From: the human T2T-CHM13v2.0 reference genome, Homo sapiens
Assembly: GCF_009914755.1 (NCBI RefSeq)
Contig: NC_060934.1
Reading direction: 5' to 3' (one strand)
DNA: 64,000 nucleotides
In this document: one piece after another, positions 41,701-53,598 of the stretch
Layout: each line of letters opens with the position of its first letter
Numbering within the stretch: the first letter of the stretch is position 1
Program-made: the position numbers and the translations under genes
The notes under the pieces: generated by a model
What the model was told of the DNA's origin: nothing
What the model saw: only the letters and a program-made list of their open reading frames with translations
Database searches by the model: none

Positions 41701-43900
41701 TTTCTCCTTCACTTATGAAGCTTAGTTTGGCTGGATATGAAATTCTGGGTTGAAAATTCTTTTCCTTAAGAATGTCGAATATTGGCCCCCACTCTCTTCT
41801 GGCTTGTAAGGTTTCTGCTGAGAGATCTGCTGTTAGTCTGATGGGCTTCCCTTTGTGGGTAACCTGATCTTTCTCTCTGGCTGCCCTTAACATTTTTTCC
41901 TTCATTTCAACCTTGGTGAATCTGACGATTATGTGTCTTGGGACTGCTCTTCTTGAGGAACATCTTCGTGGTTTTCTCTGTATTTCCTGAATTTGAATGT
42001 TGGCCTGCCTTGCTAGGTTGGGGAAGTTCTCCTGGATAATATCCTGAAGAGTGTTTTCCAACTTGATTCCATTCTCCCCATCAGTTTCAGATATACCAGT
42101 CAAATGTAGATTTGGTCTTTTCACATAGTCCCATATTTCTTGGAGGCTTTGCTCATTTCTTTTCACTCTTTTTTCTCTAATCTTGTCTTCTTGCTTTATT
42201 TCATTGAGTTGATCTTCAATCTCTGATATCCTTTCTTCTGCTTGATCGATTCAGCTATTGATACTTGTGTATGCTTCACGAAGTTCTCACGCTTTGTTGA
42301 ATTTATCTGATAGAATCTGAATCTATTCTCTGTGATATCTTAAACTTTTTGAGTTTCCTCAACTCATCGATTTTGAATTATCAGACAGAAAGGTCACATA
42401 TCTCTGTTTTTTCAGGATTGATCCATGTTGGCTTATTTAGTTAAGTTGGTGAGATCTCGTTTTCCTGGATGATGTTGATGCTAGTACATGTTCTTCAGTG
42501 TTTGGGCATTGAAGAGTTAGGTATTTATTGTAGTCTTTACTGCCTAGGCTTATTTGTAACTCTCTTTCTTAGGAAGGCTTTCCAGATATTTGAAAATATT
42601 TTCATCTTGTAATCTAAGTTGTATCTGCTTTAGGGTTTATCCCAAGGCCAGTAACACTGTGGCTCTTGCAGACTTGTATAGGTACTGCCTTGATGGTCTT
42701 GGACAAGATCTGGGAGAATTCTCTGGATTACTAGGCAAAGACTCTTATTATCTCCCCTTACTTTCTCCCTAAATACATAGAGTCTCTGTATATAACTGAG
42801 CCACCTAAACCTGGAGGTGGAGTGACAGAAGCCCCCCTGTGACCACCAGTGCCATAATTGTGCTTGTTCAGACCTGAAGTCAGGATAGTGCTGTGTCTTA
42901 CCCAAGACCTTTTATAACCACTCCCTGGCTACTGCCTATGTTAGCTCAAGGCCCTGGGACTCTACAATCAGCAGTTGCAAAACCAGCCGGGCCCATGTCC
43001 TTTCCTTCAGGGGAGCAAGGTCCCCCAGGCCCTGAGTGAGTCCAGAAGTGACATCTGGAAGTCAGGGATTAGAGTCAAAAACCTAAGAAGTCTATCTGGT
43101 GTTCTATTAGTTTGTGGCTGATTTGCTCTCAAACCACAAGATACAGTCCTTCACACTCTTCTCTCCCTTTCCCAAAGGCAGAAGAGCCTCACCCCATAGC
43201 CGCTGTCACCCTATGCCATGAGGAGTACTGGAAGACTAACCGTGATGTTCCCTTAAGGTCCAAAGTCTTCTTAAGGCCCAAGGTCTCTTAAGTCAGCTTG
43301 TGGTGAATGCTGCCTGGCCTGGGACTCACCCTTCAGGGCAGTGGGCTCCCCTCTGGTCCAGAGCAGTTCCAGAAATGCTGTCCAAAAGTCAAGTCCTGGA
43401 ATCGGGGACCCCAAGACCCTGCTTGGTATTCTACTGCCTGTGGGAGTTTTGGTACCTAAGGTACAAGACAATGTCTCTTTACTTTTCCCTCTGCTTTTCT
43501 GAAGCAGAAGTTTTATCCTATAGCCACCATAGCTGGTAATGTGATGAGTATCAGCTGAAGCCAGCAAGTCTCAGAGACTCACTCAAGGCCTTCAATGTAG
43601 TGCCTGAGTATTGATGCTGGTTATTCAGGGCCCAAGGGCTTTTCAGTTAGCAGGTGATGAATGCTGTCAGAACTCAAAGTAGTCAAGGCAGCAGGTTCCC
43701 TCTGGCCCAGGGTGTGTCTAGAAATTTTGTCTGGGAGCTAGGTCCTGGAGTGGGGGGCCTCAGGACTATGACCAGTGTCCTATTCTGCTGTGGCTATGAT
43801 GGTATCCCAAATTCAAGACAAAGTCCTCCCCACACTTCCCACTCCTCTCCTCAAGCAGAAGGGAGGGATCTCTTTTGCAGCCACAAGCTGTGCAGCCTGG
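35765..43900 (-). mobile_element. Near full-length L1MA (L1MA1-3-type) LINE, 5'UTR truncated, interrupted at 41203-42291
   Basis: 3'UTR aggcatgcaatgtgaaataagcatatcatggagaatg; continuous antisense ORF2 (endonuclease remnants in ORF 39292-39783), inter-ORF spacer, ORF1 and monomeric 5'UTR. Confidence 0.93.
41203..42291 (-). mobile_element. Internal L1PA7/8-type fragment (ORF1 coiled coil to ORF2 start), no poly(A)
   Basis: ORF 41672-42166(-) is an L1 ORF1p RRM/CTD (QEIWDYVKRPNL...YPAKLSF); host L1MA resumes seamlessly on both sides; CTTT at both junctions. Confidence 0.9.
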
Positions 43901-44629
43901 CAAAGAAGTTAAAAACCTTGAAAAAAAGATTAGATGAATGGCTACCTAGAATAACCAATGCAGAGAAGTCCTTAAAGGACCTGATGGAGCTGAAAACCAT
44001 GGCACAAAAACTACGTGATGAATGCACAAGCCACAGTAGCCGATTCAATCAACTGGTAGAAAGGGTATCAGTGATGGAAGATCAAATGAATGAAATGAAG
44101 CGAGAAGAGAAGTTTAGAGAAAAAAGAATAAAAAGAAACAAACAAAACCTCCCAGAAATATGGGACTATGTGAAAAGACCAAATCTACGTCTGATTGGTG
44201 TACCTGAAAGTGATGGGGAGAATGGAACCAAGTTGGAAAACACTGCAGGATATTATCCAGGAGAACTTCCCCAGTCTAGAAAGGCAGGCCAACATTCAAA
44301 TTCAGGAAATACAGATAACACCACAAAGATATTCCTCAAGAAGAGCAATCCCAAGACACGTAATTATCAGATTGACTAAGGTTGAAATGAAGGAAAAAAT
44401 GTTAAGGGCAGCCAGAGAGAAAGGTAGGGTTACCCAAAAAGGGAAGCCCATCAGACTAACAGTGGATCTCTCAGCAGAAACCCTACAAGCCAGAAGAGAG
44501 TGGGGGCCAATATTCAACATTCTTAAAGAAAAGAATTTTCAACCCAGAATTTCATATCCAGCCAAACTAAGCTTCATAAGTGAAGGAGAAATACAATCCT
44601 TTACAGACAAGCAAACGCTGAGAGATTTT
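43901..44629 (+). mobile_element. Internal L1PA3-5-type ORF1 fragment, no poly(A)
   Basis: ORFs 43654-44379 and 44195-44719 contain L1 ORF1p (LDEWLPRITNAEKSLKDLMELK...LQARREWGPIF); 2-bp frameshift near 44243; ends at agagatttt followed by a T run. Confidence 0.92.
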
Positions 44630-44637
44630 TTTTTTTT

Positions 44638-44732
44638 CCTGGAGCTGAAGCCATGTCTTATATTTCTGACTCTTTTCATCAAACTAGCAAAAGCTCTTGC
44701 ACATAATTCATGCTGGTGAATGTTTGTGGTGA
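44638..44732 (+). mobile_element. L2 LINE 3' end fragment
   Basis: ccatgtcttatatttctg ... ctagcaaaagctcttgcacataattcatgctggtgaatgtttgtgg resembles the L2 3' terminus. Confidence 0.55.
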
Positions 44733-45009
44733 TTCTCATCAGCTCCCAGAAGCTCAGAGCTGTGATTTCCCTGCCCTTTGATCTGAAGAACTGCAACAGC
44801 TGCTATTTTCACGGTAATTTCCTGTGACTGCTTCTGTTGATGTCTGGCTGATTTTCACTCCTGTAGCACTTTCAAAGAAAACCTGTTGATATCCTGCAAA
44901 GCTGGACAGCTTTATTTTGTTTTTCTCCTTTCTAAAAGCAGTTCACAGAACGACCTGGTGAGATTCCTATAATGGGTGTTCTGCTGTACAGTTTAGATAG
45001 CATCTAGGG

Positions 45010-45490
45010 AGGATATTTTGTATTACAAGCATCAGAAAATTAATATTAAATTGGCTAAGCAAAATTGGGACTACACTGACTTCTACATAAGATAATTTCA
45101 GGAGTAGAATTCAGCTTCACTCATGATCCATGGACTCAGTAGTGATCATCAGGGACCTCCTGCGCTGTTTCTCTCACTTCTGTTTTCCTGTGTGTTGGCT
45201 TCACATGCATGAGGTCTCCCACGTGGCCACCTTATTGCCTTATTGCCTTAGGACTTCTTTGAGTCCAGCAGAATGAGAAGGCTTCTCTTCAACAGCATTT
45301 CCAAAATGTGCTAACTTGGATAAAGGATTATTCCTGAACTATAACAGTGGCCAGAAAGTGGCAAATACCACTGATTCAAATCATAATGACACAACAGTGG
45401 AGAGAATTTCCTGAAAAAATCAGGCCTTTATAACTAGAAGTGGGGTGGATATTGTGAAAGCCAAAACTGAAAATCACAACAGTTCATGAA
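45010..45490 (-). mobile_element. Old MLT1 (J/K/L-like) LTR
   Basis: ttacaagcatcagaaaa ... aattggctaagcaaaa ... ctgttttcctgtgtgttggcttca ... cctgaactataacagtggccag. Confidence 0.55.
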
Positions 45491-45568
45491 TGTATTTTTC
45501 TCAAAAGGGAGTCTGTAGATATAATAAGATATTCAATGTTATCGAATTCCCTTAAAATATCTAGGAAC

Positions 45569-46185
45569 TGTTGACAAAGAGTCAAACTCTGTAAAATATT
45601 TGGAGAGATTTATTTTGAGCAAAATATGAGTGACCATGGCCCATAACACAGCCCGCAGGAGATCCTGAGGACAGGTGCCCAAGGTGGTCGGGATGCAGCT
45701 TGGTTTTATACAGTTTTGGGATGCATGAGGCTTCAATCAGATGCATTTAAGAAATGCATTGGTTTGGTCCAGAAAGGCAGGACAACTTGACGTGGGGGAG
45801 CTTCCAGCTTATAGGTAGATTAAAACATTTTCTGGTTGACAATTGGTTGAGTCCATCTAAAGACCTGGGATCAAAAGAAAGGGATGTCTGGGTTAAGATA
45901 AGAGGTTGTGAAGACCAGAGTTCTTATTTGCAGAAGAATCCTTCAGGTAGGTAGCAGGCTTCAGAAAGAACAGGTTGTAACATGTTTCTTATCAGACTTA
46001 AGATCTGTGATGATATTAATGCTGGAGGGGTATAATGAGGCATATCTGACCCCCACTTCCCAGCATGGCCTGAACCAGTCTCTTGAGTTAAAGTTTAAAA
46101 ATGCCCTGTCTGAGAAAGTCCATTCAGATATGCGGGGAGCGGGGGGGTGGGGGGGCGGGTGTTACAATTTTAATTTTAGTTTACA
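45569..46185 (-). mobile_element. MER4 (MER4A-like) ERV1 solo LTR
   Basis: tgttgacaaagagtcaaactctgtaaaatattt ... ttttagtttaca; 4-bp TSD GAAC at 45565-45568 and 46186-46189. Confidence 0.92.
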
Positions 46186-47294
46186 GAACTGATACAAACC
46201 AATGCTCCTGTATAATGTCTGCAAATAGATACAAAATGGCAGAAAGCTGAAATAAAATTATCTCAGGTTCTGTCTAAAAAAACTGTTGAGTTATTTCGGT
46301 CTCTACATCTATAATATTAAAACTGAAATATTAACACTGGATTTATCAGAGTACATTAGACTTCTTTCCTCAAAGACCCCATAATTAGCATTTTTAGCTC
46401 AATGTCTGCCTCACATAAGCTATATGAAAGCAGAGACCATGCATTTTCTATTCAAATGATTGGTCACTTCCTGGTAGCACACAATAAGGTATTAATAATA
46501 TTTGAAAATAAATTTAAATAGATAATACAAGATCTGAATAGGGATAGGAACAAAAAGCAAATAAGATCAGAATTTTATTTAACTAATAGAAAAGCAGACC
46601 ATGTACTGAATAGTTTGTCAGAATGTCTGGACTGTAATTTCAGCTCTTCTGTTAGCTAATGGCATAATCTCAAATAATTACTGACTTTGCTGAACCCTTT
46701 TTTTTCTTCTGTAAGATATGGACTATATCTAAATGATTCTTCAAAACTAAAATGTATGAGTTTGATATGGGATTGACCAAAGTATGTCACTTGAAATACA
46801 ATGTTTTAATTAATATTAATGATTAATGATCAATATTCTATATCAAAATTTAGATATAAAATGATTGCTCTAACTTTTATGAGCATGCATATGAGGTCCT
46901 ACTCTTGAGAATATCCATTTTATGCTTTTCCCTTCTTGTTTCCCTTCTCCTCTTTCATACATTCAGAATGACCGGACATTTGTTCTGTATGTATGTTGAC
47001 CCAAGTTAGCACATTTTGGAAATGCTGTGGAAGAGAAGCCTTCTCAGGATCTACACCAATCCTGAGTGTTCTATAATTTAGTCACATTCCTCTGTAACCT
47101 GGCCTTGAATTAGTCATCCTACCTAATTGTATCCACCTTTTCATATCATATAATTTCTAGTTATTAATAAAATTCCATGACTTTATTTTAGAAAATAGTT
47201 ATAAACACTTCTTTTCTGACTTAAATGCTCAGTCCATGACATATGATGTAAATGATAGGAAACAAATTCCTTGTGTAGCTTTATCTTAAGAATA

Positions 47295-47604
47295 TACTCA
47301 GCAAACTAACTCAGGAACAGAAAACCAAACACTACATGTTGTCACTTATTAGTGGGAGCTGAATGAGGAGATCACATGGACACATAGGAAGGAACAACAC
47401 ACACTGGAGCCTATAGGAAGGTGGGGGATTGGGGGATGGAGAGCATCAGGAAGAATAGCTAATGGATACTGCACTTAATACCTAGGTGATGGGATAATCT
47501 GGGCAGCAAACTACCACGGCACACATTTAGCTATGTAAGAAACCTGCACATCCTGCGTATGTACCTCTGAACTTAAATAAAAGTTGAAGAAATAATAATA
47601 ATAA

Positions 47605-47607
<3 letters not shown>
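47295..47607 (+). mobile_element. L1PA13-16-type 3' end with (AAT)n tail
   Basis: cagcaaactaactcaggaacagaaaaccaaac ... aacctgcacatcctg ... aacttaaataaaagttgaagaaataataataat. Confidence 0.9.
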
Positions 47608-48099
<492 letters not shown>

Positions 48100-48104
48100 C
48101 CAGG

Positions 48105-48660
48105 CATCAGCCATTCAGTATTTACCCAATGAAAGCAAATGTATTTGCAAAGTCTTGTACAGAATGTTTATAGAAACTTCAATTGTAATAGTAAAAAGCT
48201 GGAAGCAACCCAAATGTTTACCATGAGGTGAATAAATAGACAAGTTTTTAGATACCCTTACAATAAAAACAACACAATACTACTCCACAATAAAGGAATG
48301 AACTATTGATATATTCTACAACATGAATGAATCTCAAAATAATTGTGCAGAGTTACAGAAGTCAGACAAAAAAGAGTTTATACTTAATGCTTTCTTTTAT
48401 ATAAAAGTCTAAAAGATCCAAACTAACTTACTGTGACAGAAAGCAGATCAAGTTTGTCTAGAGTGGTTTGGTAAGAGTGGGAGAAAGATATTTTAAGGGG
48501 AACAGTTGACGACTTGGGAAGGGTGACTTTGTTTGCTATATTGCAACAGTGACGGTTTTCAGGTTTGTACATATATCAAAATGAATTCACTTACACTTCT
48601 TAAATGTCTGCATTTTATTGTATGTCATATAGCTCAATACAGGTGATAAAAAGAAAACAA
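48105..48660 (+). mobile_element. L1ME/L1MD-type 3' region
   Basis: gtatttacccaatgaa ... ggaagcaacccaaatg ... acaacatgaatgaatctcaaaataatt ... gtgacagaaagcagatca. Confidence 0.8.
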
Positions 48661-49501
48661 AACTTTTCAGAAATACAAATGGTGAAATAATTCATCAAAA
48701 GCAGAACCATACTACCAGAAGTATAGTACAATGAATCTAATATATGTAGAACAAAGACTCCAAGACATTTGAAATTCTCATTGATGGTGAGATTTTTTGG
48801 CATAGAGAATAATAATCTTCTCTAAAAGAAGTATGCCTAAAAGCTGAGTTTCACTGATACCATCATTCTACCCTTACCACCCAGACTGAAAATGAAAATC
48901 CTTCTTGACGATCAAAGGGAAATTTGACATCCTTTATTTATTTAATGACTACAGATAGGCTTAAATTATGAGCAAGTTTGGAAATCACCATTCTAGCCAT
49001 AGCCAGTAAAAGAAGCCTTTCTTGCTTCTATAGCAAATGACAGGGATGAAGGGCTGACCCTTGCAAATAGGTAGCCATCCACAACATGTATCCAAAGGTA
49101 TGTAACAAACTTAGAAGGGTTTCAGGCATGTTCTGATATTCATGGATATCAAATCCAGAAGTGCCAACATGATTCCTGTAAAGACATGTTTCTCTAAGTT
49201 TGAATTACTATCCCTCTGGGTAATATGTTCATTTGCCACAAGACGCTAGCATATGGCTGATGATGAAAGAAAATTCATCTTCATGGGAGAAGTTGATCAC
49301 AAAATCAGGATGGAATGTCTAAGAACCTTGCCAAGTAGGCTAAGATTCAGAAACCAAATGTGGGAATTCAAGTCTAGTACAAAAAAGCCAAGAGAGAAAT
49401 GCCCAGTCCTATGGCCAGAAACAACATGGCAGGAAGATGAGGTTGAGAAGGCAGTAATGTTATAGACACATTTATATCCAGATCACACAACAGACATAAT
49501 A

Positions 49502-49785
49502 GGCCAAGCACAGTGGCTTATGCCTGTAATCCCAGCACTTTGGGGGACCAAGGTGGGAGGATTGTTTAAGCCCTGGAGTTCAAGACCAGCATCGGCAACA
49601 TAGGGAGACCCTGTCTCTACAAAAAACAAAATTAACCCAGGCATGGCAGTGCACGCCTGTGGTACCAGCTATTTGGGAGGGTAATAGGGACGATTGCTTT
49701 TGCTCAGGAAGTCAAGACTGCGCTACTGTACTCCAGCCTGGGCTACAAAAACCCAGTTTCAAAATATAAAATAAAATAACTAAAA
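49502..49785 (+). mobile_element. AluJ
   Basis: ggccaagcacagtggc ... gggaggattgtttaagccctggagttcaagacc (J diagnostic); degenerate A tail. Confidence 0.92.
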
Positions 49786-50059
49786 AGTCATTATAAATCC
49801 TGTGAATTATTCAGCAGCCAGAAGTGCTACTTAAATTCCATGGCTCAGGAATGTCTCTGAAGTTAGTTAGGAGTAGAGAGATGTCAAAAGCCCCATTAAC
49901 TCCAGTCAAAAGGAGATGGGAGAAGTGAAGGTTGCTTCAATGTTCTTTTTGATCAAATGGATTAAGCTGGTGGAGCTATCCTCGGTCCCTCCAAACCGAG
50001 TGCCTGCTGCGAGTCAGGTGTATGATCCTATGATTTAGTTATTTTGCTAACTCAAATTC

Positions 50060-50210
50060 ATGATGTTATTATGATCAATATTGCATGGGAACTAAAAAAC
50101 AGAGAAGTTAAGTAATCTATACAAGTTTACATAGCTAAGACAGTGACAAAACCATGATTCAAAGCAGAAAAGCCAAATGGTAGAACATGCATATTTAGCC
50201 ACTATGTTAT
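50060..50210 (-). mobile_element. MIR SINE fragment
   Basis: gggaactaaaaaacagagaagttaagtaatctatacaagtttacatagctaag. Confidence 0.6.
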
Positions 50211-51449
50211 AATGGCCCCGCTACTTGTTGGGATAACTTTGGCTGGGGGCAAGGAAGCATATTAGCTCACCAGCCCTAAATTCACTGCCACCTGACTAAG
50301 GACCCTTGATTTCTCGAAGCACGAGAAGTATTTTCTCTAGAACTCCAGGAGGGTCTTTAAGGTTTAGTAAATAGCAAGTACTGCATTTTCCTTTGTACAC
50401 TAGATTGTTATATTGATAGACTAGAGATAATAGTTTTCTAGTTACTGAATTTCAGTTGAAACCAAAAGGAAAAACAAAACCTCTGTCTATAGCGCATGAG
50501 ATTATTATTTTCTTCTTAACACATACAGAAAAGAGGCATGGGGTGAGTAGAAAATTGGAAAAGTATAAAGAAGTATATAATACCAACCATTTTAAAATGC
50601 AGAGAAATTTACAAAATTTTATTAAATGGAATTTATCATGTCTATTTTGAAATGCTGCACCAACCTCTTAACTATTAAAATCTGCATAATGGTGTTGCTA
50701 TATTGTGATGAGCTGTATATTTTATCCAATGAACTATTCTCAGGTACAGAAATTTTTGTTTAACTTTATTAAGGGTTGTTTTTCATTATATTTCAAACAA
50801 ATTAGACTTTGATAAATTATTGAGTGAAAGCTAGATATGAATCCAGCACCCCTTGCACATAAAGCAAGTATGATTCAAGTAAATGTATTTTTGACAAATG
50901 ACTTGCGCCTTCGTGATTTAACAACATGATGTGAAATGGCCCTATAATAGCATGGTATCAGGCCTGTTTTGCATTTGTTTCCTCTATGGCAGACTGAGAG
51001 AACAGTGGCAGAAAATATAATTTATTTCCATGAGGAAGGTAGAGAAAAATTGGGTTTGTGTTAAATTCACAGTGTGTGGCTCAAACAACAGAGAAAAAGA
51101 AAAAGTAATAAAGAAATGTAAAATTTGCTTGAACCTACAATTATGGAAATTATCTTTGATCTCTGAAGAAAGAAGATGCATCATTAGAGCTAACTGAGCT
51201 TATTAAACCATAACACAAATTGCTTTTTTTAATGCGACACACTTTAGGAGGCTACACTCAGCTTAAAGGTAAGGGCACCACTACAGCCTTAAGCAGGCTT
51301 TTAAAATGTCCTTATTTAGAAACTGCTACAGCAAAACAGTTTGCAGTTATTTACTTGAGCAATGCTATCAAGAGATACTTAGAATTACCAGAAACTGATG
51401 AAGAAACTAGATGCAGGGAGGAAGGGAGACAAAGATATGAAGGATGGTT

Positions 51450-52010
51450 TCTACATTTGTTCAACATAATAAATATTTAGACCTACACATTTGTGATGCT
51501 ATGCACCAACCAGGTTATGGGAGTATTGACCAAGATCTCAGTTTTGGATTTGCTGAAATTGAGTTGCTTTTTAAATATTCAATTATATATGTTGAACAGG
51601 AAGTGGAATATAGTATACTAACCTGGATATCATAAGTAAGCTGTGGGATAAGCTGAAAATAGATACCTGAAAGGAGTTATCTAAACTTGATATCACTTGA
51701 GGGTGTGTGTGTGTGTATATGTATACACACAAATACATATATGCATGTATGAATATGTATTTCTGTATGTATGCATTTTGAGGGATATATGCTACAAAAC
51801 TCCATTTTTTAAAAATCACATAGAAAACAACTAGAAAAGGTGGTAGAGTAACAGCAGTCAGTGTGGTGGATGAGAGATCAGGAGAGACAGAAGCCAAAGG
51901 AAGTGGAAGTTTCAGGAAGAAAGGAATGGTCAACTATGGCCACTGCTACTGAAATGTCAGGTATAATGAGGGTGGCAGCTGAATAATATGAGATTCAAGT
52001 ATGTAATGGT
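51450..52010 (-). mobile_element. L2 LINE (continues at ~56698-56845 beyond the inserted L1)
   Basis: ctcagttttggatttgctgaaattgag ... cagaagccaaaggaagtggaagtttcaggaagaaaggaatggtcaac; resumes gtttcagt ... caggcagagggattg. Confidence 0.65.
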
Positions 52011-52039
52011 TATTTTGTTTATTTTACATAAAATTGTTT

Positions 52040-52140
52040 TATTGTATATATAATATATATTGTGTATATATGTATGTACATATGTATGTGTGTGTATATA
52101 TATATATGTATGTGTATATATATGTATGCATATATATCAC
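52040..52140. repeat. (TA)n/(TG)n compound low-complexity repeat
   Basis: Directly visible. Confidence 0.9.
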
Positions 52141-53598
52141 ATCATATAATACAGTGCCACACAATATAATTTGATTTTGGTAAGAACACCTAACGTGAGG
52201 TCAACGCTTTTTATGAATACTGTATTTAAATGAACAATATTGTTAACTAAAGGGACAATATTGTACAGCAGATCTCTAGAACTTCTCCATATTGCAGAAT
52301 TAAGACTTTATATACATTGATTAATAATTCCTCATTTCACCCTCTAGTCAGCCCCTGGCAACAATCAACTGTACTCTGATTCTATGAGTTTGAATAATTT
52401 AGATATCTCATATAAGTGGAATCATGCTGTATTTGTCCTTCTGTGATTGGCTTATTTCACTTAGCATAATGTACTCAAGGTTTAACCATGTTATTATATA
52501 TTGGAGGAGTTTAAGAATAAATATTATTCCACAGTATTTACATACCATATTTCCTTTATTTATTCATCGATGGACATTTAGGTTGTGACCACATCTTCAC
52601 TATTATGAATAATTCTGCAATGAACACTAGAGTGCTAATAACTCTTTGACATCCTGATTTCAATTATTTTGAGTAAATAATTACCCAGAGGTGGGACTGA
52701 TGAATTATATAGTAGCTCTAGTTTTAATATTTTTGAGGAAACTATACTGTTTTTCATAGCAGCTATATCCATTTGCATTCCCACCAAGGGTTCCCTTTTC
52801 TCCTTATTCTCACCAACAATTATTATCTTTTATCTTCTTGATAGTAGCCATTCCAGCAGGTGTGAGGTGATATCCCATTGTGGTTTTGATTTTCATTTCC
52901 TTGATCATTAGTGACACGGAGAATCTTTTGATATACCTGTTGCCCATTTTTATGACCTCTTTGGAAATGTCTGTTTAAGACTTTAGCCCATTTTATAAAT
53001 CACATCATTCATATTTTTTTGGTTTTGCTTTGTTTTGTTTTTGCTATTAAGTTGTAGAATTTCCATATAATTTGGAAATTAACTTTTTATCTGATACATG
53101 GTACACAAACATATTTTTCCATTTCATACATTGCCTTTTTACTCTGTTGATTATTTCCTTTGTTTTGCAAAGCTTTTTAGTGTGATGTAGTCCCACTTGT
53201 CTATTTTTGCTTCTGTTGCCTACTGTTTTGGTGTCATATCCATAAAATCGTTGCTAAAACCAATATCATAAACATGTTCCACTATGTTTTCTTCTAGGGG
53301 ATTTACAGTTTCAGGACATACATTTAATTCTGTAATAGATTTTGGGTTGATTTTTGTGTGTAGTGTAAAAGAGGGATCCAATTTCATTTGTTTGCGTGTG
53401 GATACCCAGTAGTCTTAAATCAATTTGTTGAAGAAGCTATCCTTTTCCCATTGTGTACTCTTGGCACCCTGATCAAAAATCAGTTAGCTATATATAGAGA
53501 GAGATTGGTTTCTGGACTCTCTATTATATTTCATTGAGCTATATAGTTGTCTTTATGCCAGCATCATACTTTTTTAGGTACTGTAGCTTTGTAATATA

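Noticed and set aside
41672-42166. 164-aa ORF as a host gene such as an L1TD1-like domesticated ORF1
   Set aside because: Plain L1PA ORF1 with upstream stop codons and a frameshift at the end; no exon structure.
41203-44629. Single inversion or twin-priming event explaining both L1PA ORF1 pieces
   Set aside because: The pieces overlap the same ORF1 interval and have different subfamily diagnostics, and the L1MA between them stays collinear.
44626-45000. T12 as the poly(A) tail of a minus-strand processed pseudogene or 3' transduction
   Set aside because: The adjacent sequence resembles a + strand L2 3' end. I see no AATAAA on the minus strand at the proper distance and no TSD.
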